Source: Phyllosticta citribraziliensis (lineage: Eukaryota). Taken from it: DNA of 64,000 nucleotides. The DNA lies in the NCBI RefSeq assembly GCF_038025025.1, contig NW_027117352.1, forward strand, positions 62,001-126,000. The letters are read 5' to 3'. Positions within the stretch are counted from its first letter, which is position 1. Every line of letters starts with the position of its first letter. This document shows positions 53,351 to 64,000 of the stretch, in pieces. The position numbers were made by a program, and so were the translations under genes. The notes beneath the pieces are model-generated. The model saw only the letters and a program-made list of their open reading frames with translations, ran no database searches and was not told the DNA's origin.

Positions 53351-53572
53351 GGCCGAAGGACTGATTCCTCACCGTGGAGGTGAGAGAGAGGCCAGACGTC
53401 GAGTGGCTCGGCTTGCGCCGAGGAGGATTGAGGCGTGGAGAGGGCGAGCTGCACTAGCCGAGATACGCGTGAAGGGCGTACTCGGCGGTGAGGTTGATGA
53501 GTGGAGGAGCGAAGAGATCACGGCCCGGGCGGTGGGGTGGAGTTGGAGATGTGGGTTGGAGTCGGAGGTGGT

Positions 53573-53827
53573 CGCTGGGTCTGGCTGTGGCAATTTATAT
53601 GTGCTCCTTACGCGCGGCAGCAACAGCAAATGAATGCTCCTTAAGCGCAGCTATAACGGTGGATGAACGACTGCTCCCTAAGCGCCGCTGTCGCAGCAAA
53701 TGAATGCTCCTTGAGCACACCTATAGTGGTAGATGAATGCTCCGTTTAAGCGACCCCGTGGCAGTTAAGGAATACTCCCTAGATGCACTCATATTGCCAG
53801 GTCTCCTCTCTTTCGACACCCCGTTGT
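53573..53827 (+). mobile_element. TIR element copy with ~6 units and right TIR
   Basis: CTGGGTCTGGCTGTGGCAAT, repeated GAATGCTCC(T/C)TAAGC, then GCACTCATATTGCCAGGTCTCCTCTCTTTCGACACCCCGTTGT. Confidence 0.85.
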
Positions 53828-54453
53828 CGTGGCACATCCAAATACATACTACTTCTACGATTTCGAGCTTGAAAGTCCGTGAAGCTCCTAAGCACATCGA
53901 CAGACCCTGGCCTAAGTTAGCTTAAATGCAATCCATTGATAGCCTGTTGAATCGTACGGATGGCCCCCTTATTTTTATCGTGCCATCCCTCAAGTACCAG
54001 GCGTCCTTACGATGCTCAGTAAAGACACAGAATACTTCAATGGTTGAAATTTGTAGGGGTCTAGTTCTGTGCTTCAGGCCTCATGTGCCAGTGCGGACTT
54101 TTCTTCTTCTTTCTTTTGTGTGTGCCGGCAAGGCCTTTGATTCCTGGGACATGAAATCCACTGTATATCAGCTCCATTCTCAACATAGACTCCATCGAAA
54201 CTGGATATCGGCTTCAATCTCAGGGTCAGTACACGTGTTCAGGTGCGGCACTGGTGGCGAAATATGATTTCCTAGGTGGCGGTGTAAACGATTCCATTCT
54301 TTCTCGAATATCTTCAAATCTCAATTCCGGATATCATGTGTCAGGTACTACGGGATCTCGTGCGTTCCAAGGCCCCAGAAATTTGCGCGCAACCGGCACG
54401 CAGGCTACGGTAGTCCCGGGGCCATGGCGTTGGAAATTCAAACTCTGGCGGTT

Positions 54454-55145
54454 CTACTCTTCAGTGACGAATAGGCTCCAATCCTTGACGTCGAAGGTCT
54501 GCAGAATTTGCTGCTTGATGGCCGCGGCGGCGTCCATGAGCGGGCCTTGCTTGGCCTTTGAGAAATCAACTTCTTCCTTGGGGTACTCGCCTGGCACGTG
54601 GGGAACATTGACGGTGATGACAATGTCCGTCTTCTGCTGTGCGAGGCGCACCAGGATGAGTACGATGGCCGTGAAATCCGGCTGCGGCTTGCGAGATGAT
54701 GCATCCGGTGCCGGGTGCTGAGTGGCAACAAGGGTGTATGCGGGGATGTTGCTGCGGCGAGGTTAGCAAAATACTCAATGTACTGGATCGAAGGAGTGGA
54801 CTTGCGGCAAGCGGGAGAGTGACGCAGTGTTGGAATGCCAAAAGTGCGTGGCGTCGTTGGAGTCGCCAACCATATCGGAGTAGTGGAATTTGAGGGCCTC
54901 TTCGTCGTTTGCGGCCTGCGACTGCTCGACGCGCTCCATGATGTCGAATATCACGCTGGTAAAGCCATCTCTCTCCAGGTAGACTTCTTGGTTGTCGGGC
55001 ACTTGGCGAATGGTGCTATGCCAGCGGTCAGAACAAACTCTGCTGCGGTGGAATTCCTGAATACATACCTGACGTCAGCAAAGGCAGCGGGAAGCTCAAC
55101 GGTAATGGCACCGCCATAGAGCTCAGTAGGAATGAAGGAGGACAT
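54454..55145 (-). CDS. MOG1: Ran guanine-nucleotide release factor Mog1; introns 55016-55068 and 54752-54805 (GC-AG)
   Basis: LYGGAITVELP..F.DVSTIRQVPDNQEVY, SVIFDIMERV, LVRLAQQKTDIVITVNVP, FDVKDWSLF. Confidence 0.92.
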
Positions 55146-56172
55146 GGTTTCGGTGGTTGTGTTTGAAGAAGTTCGATGCCTCTTCGGTGTGCTTGGCTGG
55201 TTGGTGCTAGCGGCCACTATTTTATGGCGGTTGCTGTCAGCTATGCCAGCCCAGGCAAACAGGCAGTCGCAGGCAGAGAAATGCCCATCTTTGAGTCACG
55301 GCATTCGAGTTTCGCTTCCATGTCGCGTATGCGTGCAGTAGCCAGTGATCATGGGCAATTCGAAAGAAGCGATCCTGGAGGAGCAAGTGGGCGTTTCTTG
55401 GCGGCCCAACCGGGTTACTGCCTAGCGGTGCCTTGAAGACATGGGCAAACTCGCGGCGCAGAAGACAGCATCAACGAAGCAGATACGAATATTTATACTC
55501 TTCAGTCGGCCGTTGACAGGACACACTTGAGCTACGCTGACCAGAAATCTCTTCAGGGTACTCGAGAGCATTCAACGGCATGGCAGCATTTTCAACCAAC
55601 GTTGATAGGCAGGATTCAAACTGCTCTGGACGAAAGATAGGTATCTCCAGAATATCGAGGAGCGTTCAAGCAATTCAAGCATCTTCGAGAGACAGTGCAG
55701 ACGTAGCAACAGGGAGCATTCCATTCAAGCCTCCAGATCATGTGTGCCACGAACTTTGTCAGCAAGACTCCCGACAATGTTGAAATGAGGACGTTTTGTG
55801 TGGCTACGCGCGATACATGAGAGGCCCCATCATTGGACATCTTTTGCAGCCCCGAGATGTCAAGCTTTTGTCATTCTTCTGACAGCTGTGCCACGTAGCG
55901 TCGACCCGCGCCTCATCGCGATGCGGATGCGAACTGTCAGTGGCTGGTCCGCGCTCCGAAACCTCCCACTCCGCACACGAGCACCCAATCCCATCGTCTC
56001 CATATCGAGCTTCAAGGCTTCCCCCATAATTCCGGCTTTTGCAACTCCTGAGATCCATCTGTCCGATTCCGAGAAATTCCCGCCAGAACGCCGACCGAAA
56101 TGCCCTGCTGAAAAAAAAGAAAAGTGGTAATTTTACGGGGCCGTGATTTTGCAAATACGAAACGAGACAGCC

Positions 56173-56622
56173 TTAGGCATGGCCCTCTTCAACCATCATG
56201 CCTTCGATAGCGCTCGACAGCCCCGTGTTGTCGGGCCTGGAACCAACGCGAGTTCCGTTGTCGGTAGGACCCAAGCCGGCGGCCGCCTCTGCCTCTTTTT
56301 GCGTGTAGGGCTCCTCCTTCAACTGGCGCAGCCTGCGGGCACGTCAGAACTCTGGGCCACTTTTGCGCCTGTCGGAACATTCGACCTACCTGCGCTTGTG
56401 AGGCTTGGCTCGCTGGTGAGCGACTAGGTTGGCGTCGCTCTCAAACCATTTTGCGCATTCTTTGCAGTAGAACTGGCCTAGGCCGGGCAGGTCCTCTTTG
56501 GCCTTGGTTTCCTGGTACCGCTGCAGGTGGCGCTCGGAGCGCAGGTCTGCGTGGACTTGGTCGAGGTCGCGAGTGTGGCGACGAGTCTTCTTCTTGCTGT
56601 CGGCTCCTCGGATTGCAGGCAT
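56173..56622 (-). CDS. BUD20: C2H2 zinc-finger ribosome biogenesis factor Bud20/ZNF593; intron 56333-56389
   Basis: KTRRHTRDLDQV, EDLPGLGQFYCKECAKWF...HQRAKPHKRRLRQLKEEPYTQKEAEAAAG. Confidence 0.93.
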
Positions 56623-56894
56623 GGCGGCAGTGTGAGTTGACAGTGCCGGTTGATGCGTGATGTTGCTGCCGGTGTGCTTGTGCAAAAAATGGGCGCCCTT
56701 GACTTGCCCGGGTGGCCCGAGCTCCTCCGGATATCAGAACTGCGCCCGCCACAGTGCAGCGGCTAGATGATGACTCTGGACATGGTACCGCATTGAGCTA
56801 CGCCACGACCATTTGAAAAGCTGAGAAATGGGGCACAGGCAGGGAATCGGCTTGGCTCAACGCTGCCGCATAGCCGCAGCCTACATGTAAGCAG

Positions 56895-57120
56895 GCGGGT
56901 GAATGCTACAGGTATGAATGCTCCCTGAGCCTCAAGCCCATGTTCGATAGATATACTGAATACTTTTTATTGAGCAGCTTGAATGCTCCTATATCTGCAA
57001 CTACAAGCATCGTGAATATTTCTCACTTGTCCCAGGAGCAACTAAAATGCTCCCTATTCCCATCCCCTGAAGAAGCTTGAATGTTCCTGTTCCTCCTCAT
57101 GAGCATCTTAAATGCTCCAG
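56895..57120 (+). repeat. Highly degenerate array of GAATGCTCC cores related to the TIR element
   Basis: TGAATGCTAC, TGAATGCTCCCTGAGC, TGAATGCTCCTA, AAATGCTCCCTA, TGAATGTTCC, AAATGCTCC within ~220 bp. Confidence 0.5.
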
Positions 57121-57985
57121 AACGCGTTCAGGTCGAGCAGTCTGGATGCTGCTTGCTCGCACTCGCGGACTCTTTCTCTTTTCGATCTCATTGCCAACTC
57201 CATCCAAGCTTGAGTGCTCCATCATGCTCACATGAACTTGCTTGATTGCTCCTTGTCGTTTGCCAGCAGCCATCGAGATGGAGATGACATAAGCCGATAC
57301 ATTTGCCGGGTTTCCATTGTTATCAGTTCGTATGCGTAATTGCGTAAAGGTTACGAATGACAGGGCCAAGATGGATGCGGACGCGACGCTGGGATTGCTC
57401 TCGTCGTGGGAGGGATTTTCGGCTGAAGAGGCTCGGTCCGGGATCCTGGTGGGCGATGGATCCGATGTCACCCATGTCCGTGCAACCCAAGTTTTGACCT
57501 GCAGACCTCTCTCATTTTTTCACCCGTGGCCCAAGCTCCACAGCCAGACCAGGTTCCTTTGCCGCGGGGACAGCCGCTTGCACGCTGGGCGGGCGCGACA
57601 AAGAACGGACGGCGACGAGGACAGAGGCGCGATGGAGCTGGCAGGAGGACGGGCGGCGGGTTTGAAAGGACGCAAGAGTCGGGGCGAACGGGGTTTTAGC
57701 TGCAGGATGCTTTCACGTTTCTGGGTCTGGGGATGCCACAGATGCTGTCTTCAGCCGTTGATCAGGACGGTATGACGAGGCTAGCCTCGGTTCTTGAATT
57801 GAAATCTAGCGCTGCTCATTGGACGACGCTGCTGCCATCGGCCCGGCGACGCCTTGTCCCCGTCGTCGCCCACTTCTCCCTCTTTCCTCCACCATCTCCC
57901 ATTTCTTCTTCAAAACCACCTGCACTCCCTCTGACACCTGGGCAGATTCGAGGCTGAGAAGCTCCGATCTGATACCATCCGCAAA

Positions 57986-60566
57986 ATGTTCAGGTTCTCG
58001 CGGCTGGCCCGTCGTGGCCTGGCTACCGTCAGCGATGCGCCTCTCAGCCGCAAGGTTAACCAGAACATCCACGAGCAGGGCAACTTCATCCCCTACAAGA
58101 AGTTGAGCGAAAACCTCTCCGTCGTCCGGAGCCGCTTGAACAAGCCCCTCACCCACACCGAGAAGATCATCTACTCGCACTTGGACGACCCTCATGGCCA
58201 AGAGCTTGAGCGCGGCAAGTCCTACCTCAAGGTACACATGCATCCCCGCCCCGCCGCACTGCAAGCTTTTCTAACCCTTCCAACCAGCTCCGCCCTGACC
58301 GCGTGGCCTGTCAAGATGCCACCGCCCAGATGGCTATCCTGCAGTTCATGTCTGCTGGCATGCCTTCCGTCGCTACCCCCACAACCGTCCACTGCGACCA
58401 CTTGATTGAGGCGCAGATTGGCGGTGAGAAGGATCTTGAGCGCGCCACGGCCATCAACAAGGAGGTCTACGACTTCTTGTCGACTGCTTGCGCCAAGTAC
58501 AACATTGGTTTCTGGAAGCCCGGCTCCGGTATCATCCACCAGATTGTCCTCGAGAACTACGCTTTCCCCGGTGGTTTGATGATTGGCACTGACTCCCACA
58601 CTCCCAACGCCGGTGGTCTTGGTATGGCCGCCATTGGTGTCGGTGGTGCTGACGCCGTCGACGTCATGGCCAACTTGCCCTGGGAACTGAAGGCTCCCAA
58701 GGTCATTGGTGTCAAGCTTACTGGTAAAATGTCTGGCTGGACTTCTCCCAAGGGTACGTTTGAAAATTTCCCCGCCCGCGAACGGGCACATGAATGCTCC
58801 TTGCTCGCTCCTTCCGCAGCTGTCGAACGCTCCCGGCGCACATGCTAATTTTGACTTAGACATCATTCTGAAGGTTGCTGGTATCCTGACCGTCAAGGGT
58901 GGCACCGGCGCCATCATTGAGTACTTTGGACCCGGCACCGACTCGCTGTCTTGCACTGGCATGGCAACAATTTGCAATATGTTCGGGATCTCTGTTTTCC
59001 GTTAAATAAGCTTGAGCTGACAAAAAACAGGGGCGCCGAAATCGGTGCTACGACCTCGCTGTTCCCCTTCAACGACCGCATGTACGACTACCTGGCTGCC
59101 ACCAAGCGCAAGGACATTGGCGAGTTTGCTCGCGAGTACGCCAAGGACCTCAAGGAGGACGAGGGTGCTGAGTACGACCAGCTGATTGAAATCAACCTCA
59201 CTGAGCTTGAGCCTCACATCAACGGTCCCTTCACCCCTGACCTTGCCACTCCCATCAGCAAGTTCAAGGATGCCGTCAAGGAGAACAAGTGGCCTGAGGA
59301 GCTCAAGGTCGGTCTGATCGGTTCCTGCACCAACTCTTCGTACGAGGACATGTCTCGCGCGGCAAACATTGCCCGCGACGCCATGGAGCACGGTATCAAG
59401 GCCAAGTCTCTCTTCACTGTCACCCCTGGCTCTGAGCAGATTCGCGCCACCATTGAGCGCGACGGTCAGCTCAAGACCTTCGAGGAATTCGGCGGCATGG
59501 TTCTCGCCAACGCTTGCGGACCTTGCATTGGCCAGTGGGACCGCAAGGACGTTCCCAAGGGTACTCCCAACTCCATCATCTCTTCCTACAACCGTAACTT
59601 CACCGGCCGCAACGACGCAAACCCTGCTACCCACGCCTTCGTCACCTCCCCCGATCTCGTCGTTGCCCTCACCATTGCTGGTACCCTTAACTTCAACCCC
59701 TTGGTCGACACCCTCAAGGACGCCAACGGCAAGGAGTTCAAGCTGAAGGAGCCCTTCGGTGACGGTCTGCCTTCGCAGGGCTTCGACCCTGGCCGCAACA
59801 CCTACCAGGCCCCTCCCAAGGACCGCCAGAACGTGTCGGTCGCCGTCTCTCCCACCTCTGACCGTCTTCAGATCCTCGAGCCTTTCGAGCCCTGGAACGG
59901 CAAGGACGCCACCAACCTCCCCATCCTGATCAAGGCTGCGGGCAAGACCACCACTGACCACATCTCGATGGCTGGTCCCTGGTTGAAGTACCGTGGACAC
60001 TTGGACAACATCTCCAACAACATGTTGATTGGTGCTGTCAACTCGGCCAACGGTGAGGCCAACAAGATCAAGAACCAGACCAACGGCGAGTGGGGCGCTG
60101 TTCCCGACGTCGCCCGTGACTACAAGAAGAAGGGCATCAAGTGGGTCGTCGTTGGCGACTGGAACTACGGCGAGGGTTCTTCCCGTGAGCACGCTGCTCT
60201 CGAGCCCAGGCACCTTGGTGGTCTTGCCATCATTGTCAGGTCCTTTGCCCGTATCGTAAGTAGAACATTATCTGGGAGACGCGAGACAGAAGCTAACGAC
60301 TACAACAGCACGAGACCAACTTGAAGAAGCAGGGTATGCTTCCTCTTACCTTCTCCAACCCCGAGGACTACGACAAGATCCAGCCCGACGACAAGGTCGA
60401 CCTCCTGTGCACCCAGCTCGCCGTTGGCAAGCCCATGACTCTGCGGGTACACCCCGCCGACGGTCGCGAGCCTTTCGACGTTGAGCTTTCTCACACTTTC
60501 AACGAGGGCCAGATTCAGTGGTTCAAGAACGGTAGCGCGCTCAACACCATGGCCAAGTCGAACTAA
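57986..60566 (+). CDS. ACO1: Mitochondrial aconitate hydratase; introns 58232-58287, 58754-58859, 58981-59030, 60256-60308
   Basis: Arg-rich presequence; [80 protein letters not shown]. Confidence 0.97.
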
Positions 60567-61004
60567 GAACAGATGGCTCATGGTAGCGCCCGGTGGTTTT
60601 CTTCTTTGCATGCTTGTAACTTCTGTCTTGTGCAATAGGCGACTTGGGTTTGGGTTTCATTACTTTGACGGTAAATTTAGGGTGGGCGGAGAGGAATGAA
60701 AGCCGAATAATGAATTCAAAAAAGTTTCCAACGTGACTAGTGCTTGTATGCTCCCCATCCACGCAGCGCTTGGAAGACTGAATGCTTCCACGAGTAGCCA
60801 GTGAAGGCGTATGAGCGTGTCACGATCACCGTTGTTCGGTCATGATTTGCCTGCTGCGGGAGCGCTAGTCAGGTCCGCCACCCCGCCGAGTGGAAGGCGT
60901 TGTGCCCATCGTCACCGCCCGCCTTCTGACTCGAGCGAACACCTTTACCTTTCCAATCGCGCGCGCGCCATTGCAGCACAACCCTTGAGCTTTGCTTGTC
61001 CGCC

Positions 61005-62405
61005 ATGGCCGACGACGAACCCTCGTACATTGACTACGAGGCGTTTCTTGACCCATCCTTCTCGACGACTTCGTTCGCCAACAGCCTCGTACTAGCTACC
61101 AACAATGCCTCGGACACGCCTCTGGACCTTTCAACGCCGCTTTCCCGAGTGCTTTTCGATGTGCAGGAAATCGACACTCATATTGACTCCCTGACTACGA
61201 AATCGGCGCTTCCTTTGCTCGAATACACCAAAGACCATGCCGAATCCAGTGGAAGGGTCCTATCTGAAGTCGAGGCACAAGTCGCAAGCTTGACAGAGGG
61301 TTACAAGACACTCGAGAAGGAGGTCATAGAACGATATGAGGCGGCTGAGCAGGTGCGGTTGGCTGCCGAGCGACTCTGCCAAACAGTCAAGCTGGGAAGA
61401 GCCGTCGCGCGGTGCATCATGCTCGGTCGACAACTCGAGGTTCAAATTGGCGAAATGGGGGGTCCGGGGTCAGGAAGCGCAAAGCGGGAGGACCACAGGG
61501 CCATGGTGCGATCGTCCAATACAGTCGTCTCTCTCCACCAGGTGCTGGACGCCAATGGGCCGGGCGAAGAGGGGGAAGGGCTAGACCGGGTCGATGTGAT
61601 TGCGACGCTGAAGAGCGAGCTGCTGGGCCCTGCAGAGCGCACTCTCGTCTCGCGATGTCAACAAATCATCAGAGAGTTTTCCATGTCTTCGCTCCTGGTT
61701 ACCGGTGGCGCATCGACACAACAGATAGGGGCTGCGGCGACGTATGCGCAAGTCGAGGAGACCAAATCTCGCACCATCTCTGCTCTCCTGGCGCTCTACT
61801 TGCTCTCGCCAGTACCGCATGAGGCTACGCTCGCCACCTTTGAGCCGAATCTCCTGGTCGTTGCCTTGCAAGACTATCTACAAACGGCGCTCAAATCGTC
61901 GCTCGCAGCCCTTGCGCGCGCACTGGCGACGCTGCCGACGCTGGAGCGAACGCTGCTGGAGATATCGGCGCGGTGCCAAAATATCGTTGCGCTAGAAACA
62001 CTTTTGGAGACTGTCAAGCCTCCGTCTCATCCTCTGGTGGGAAAGGCGGGGGATGAGGTGCAGAAGGCGATGAGACAGAGGAGCGGGTCCAGGCTCCCGC
62101 CGCAGAATTTCTTGCAGCCCCTGCTGCACTCGCTGGACACATCGTCGCTCCCGTCGTACTTTTGGCGATCGCTGGCGTCATGGCTGTCGCCTCGGGTGCG
62201 CGAGATAGTCAACCGCGGGGGCGTGTCGGCCAGGACGCTGCGCAGCAACAGGGACAGGGTGCGCGAGGCAATCCGCGAATGCGTCAACCGAGGATCACAG
62301 CTGCCGACGAGCTCGCTGAGGAGTACGAGCGGACGCACGGCGGCAGGTAATTGGGAGCGGGAAGCGGCTGTCATGGTGAGTTCTATTGTCGGGGTGCTGA
62401 GATGA
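61005..62405 (+). CDS. COG5: Conserved oligomeric Golgi complex subunit 5 (intronless)
   Basis: YIDYEAFLDPSFSTTSFANSLVLATNN..DTPLDLSTPLSRVLFDVQEID; LDTSSLPSYFWRSLA. Confidence 0.85.
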   Translation: MADDEPSYIDYEAFLDPSFSTTSFANSLVLATNNASDTPLDLSTPLSRVLFDVQEIDTHIDSLTTKSALPLLEYTKDHAESSGRVLSEVEAQVASLTEGYKTLEKEVIERYEAAEQVRLAAERLCQTVKLGRAVARCIMLGRQLEVQIGEMGGPGSGSAKREDHRAMVRSSNTVVSLHQVLDANGPGEEGEGLDRVDVIATLKSELLGPAERTLVSRCQQIIREFSMSSLLVTGGASTQQIGAAATYAQVEETKSRTISALLALYLLSPVPHEATLATFEPNLLVVALQDYLQTALKSSLAALARALATLPTLERTLLEISARCQNIVALETLLETVKPPSHPLVGKAGDEVQKAMRQRSGSRLPPQNFLQPLLHSLDTSSLPSYFWRSLASWLSPRVREIVNRGGVSARTLRSNRDRVREAIRECVNRGSQLPTSSLRSTSGRTAAGNWEREAAVMVSSIVGVLR

Positions 62406-63376
62406 AGGTCTTGGCCTTGCATGGTAGCAGGAGGTGTGAAGGCAAATGCCGGGAACAAAGAATCGTCTGACAGGGCGGGACCGTTGACGTCCTCTGGAAT
62501 ACACGATGCACAAAGGCGTTGTCTATATATAGGAGGTCGAGGACTGGTGAGGCGACGAGGGAGGGAGACGAAGCCGTGGGGCTCGGCAGGGTCGGCAGAG
62601 GGATATCGGGATGTGTGATTGTGAGTCGAGCGAGCACTCAGTCCAGACGCGGCCGGGCAGCACATGCAAATGAAGGAACAGGCGCAGCGAGGTGAAGTGA
62701 AGCGCTCAATTCTGGTTGACGTGCCCTGTCTTTGTGTCTAGCGCGACGAGTGCCCCAGAGGCAACCCTGCGCGGGCCGCCCTGCCAAGTGCAGTGCAGTA
62801 CAGTACAGTACCCTGGGCTACAGCCTGAGAGTCAGTCCCTCCCGTCGAGCGCCAGAAGCACCAGAGCTGCTCTACCACCCAACCCTGTCCACCACACCTC
62901 TTCCTCTTCCTCTTCCACTTCCACTTCCCTTCGCCTGCCGCCACCCTCTTCTTCCTCCTCCTCTTCCGCCAACACCATCGCAGCGCTGCTCCGCCTCTCC
63001 TCGCCCGCTCGCCTTCTCTTCTTGTACTTTGGCCTTTCCGCTGCTCTTTGCTCGTCTCCGGCCACCAAGCCGCCAGTCCGCTTCCGCTCCGTCCCGCACA
63101 CTTCTGCGGCGCTGCATCGCCGCTTTCATTGTTCCCCCTCCTGAAAGCCACACATCGAATCTCCCTTGAGGCCAGTTGATCTGCGGGCGTTTTCGACGGT
63201 TCCCCGGCTCCTTCTCTCGCTCTTCCCATTGTGCGTCAGGTCCCCGCCCTCGGTCTCCACCGCATGTGCCAGCTTGCCCACGGCTAACCACCTCACCAGA
63301 GACTCTGCTCCGCCACGGACCACACTTTTTTTTCTCCATCCCAACTCGACCTCGTTTGACCCGTCGTCTCGCCACC

Positions 63377-64000
63377 ATGTCTGTAAGCCAGATAGCCGGC
63401 AACCGGAACAGCACTCCGGAAACATCCAGCTCCTCGCTGCGCCCGCCTTCGTCCCGGGCCATGGGCGCCAATCACCACCTTCGCGCCTCTGCCGACATGG
63501 GCGTCTTCGCCTCGTCGCCCCTGTCGAACCGTGGCATCCGGCCCTCGAGCGAGGTTTACTTCAACAAGCACGGCAACCACGATGAGGATGCCATGGAAAA
63601 GGCCGCGCAGCAGTGGATCGCCGACATTGACCAGTACGAGATAACCCTCGAGGAAATGGCGGCTGCTACGTTGGATCAGGACTTCAAGGATGAGCTGAGC
63701 GCCATTGAACAGTGGTTCCGCGTTTTGAGCGAACCTGAGCGTACTGCTGCCTTGTACCAGCTGCTCCAGCAGACAACGGGGGTCCAGCAGCGCTTCTTTA
63801 TTCAGGTACTCCAGCAAATGGCCAAGAGCCATCCCATGTCCAGCGTCCTATCGCCTGCCAACTTTGGAGAAAAGGACCCCATGTCCCAGAAGCTAAATGA
63901 TGCCATGAACAAGCTTTCCGTCGAGGGCAACCGCAATTCTGTTGGACTTGGGCGCCCGCCTCCCTCCCCTGGTGCGAAGCGCAACTCTGGATTGGACACC
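63377..64000 (+). CDS. VTS1: RNA-binding SAM-domain protein Vts1 (Smaug homologue), 5' part; runs off the window
   Basis: Open frame from [90 protein letters not shown]. Confidence 0.88.
   Translation, partial: MSVSQIAGNRNSTPETSSSSLRPPSSRAMGANHHLRASADMGVFASSPLSNRGIRPSSEVYFNKHGNHDEDAMEKAAQQWIADIDQYEITLEEMAAATLDQDFKDELSAIEQWFRVLSEPERTAALYQLLQQTTGVQQRFFIQVLQQMAKSHPMSSVLSPANFGEKDPMSQKLNDAMNKLSVEGNRNSVGLGRPPPSPGAKRNSGLDT

Overview
Gene-dense, GC-rich euchromatin from a filamentous ascomycete; intron signals (GTAxGT...CTAAC/CTGAC...YAG) and gene content suggest a Dothideomycete-like fungus. It opens with a non-reducing DHN-melanin-type PKS (SAT-KS-AT-PT-ACP-ACP-TE) next to prefoldin subunit 3. Housekeeping genes follow: a GH47 mannosidase-like protein, pyruvate decarboxylase, Med9, cofactor-independent phosphoglycerate mutase, a CRAL-TRIO/Csr1-like protein, Dam1, Ytp1-like, an intron-containing tRNA-Ala(AGC), Vps71, Swi1-like ARID protein, Rpt3, a DNA ligase I paralogue, Mog1, Bud20, aconitase, Cog5 and the 5' part of Vts1. 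The most striking unexplained structure is a dispersed family of small elements, about 13 loci in 64 kb. They have ~33-bp terminal inverted repeats (ACAGTGGGTGTCGAAAGAGATGAGACTCCCTGG) around a variable number of 33-bp tandem units (core GAATGCTCCCTAAGC) and occur only in intergenic DNA and introns. Other leads are a GH47 lacking canonical active-site residues, a mitochondrial-presequence extension on the Csr1-like protein, a multi-hairpin candidate ncRNA, an orphan ORF behind 152-bp tandem repeats, and a GC-AG intron. All calls come from manual reading; no database searches were run.
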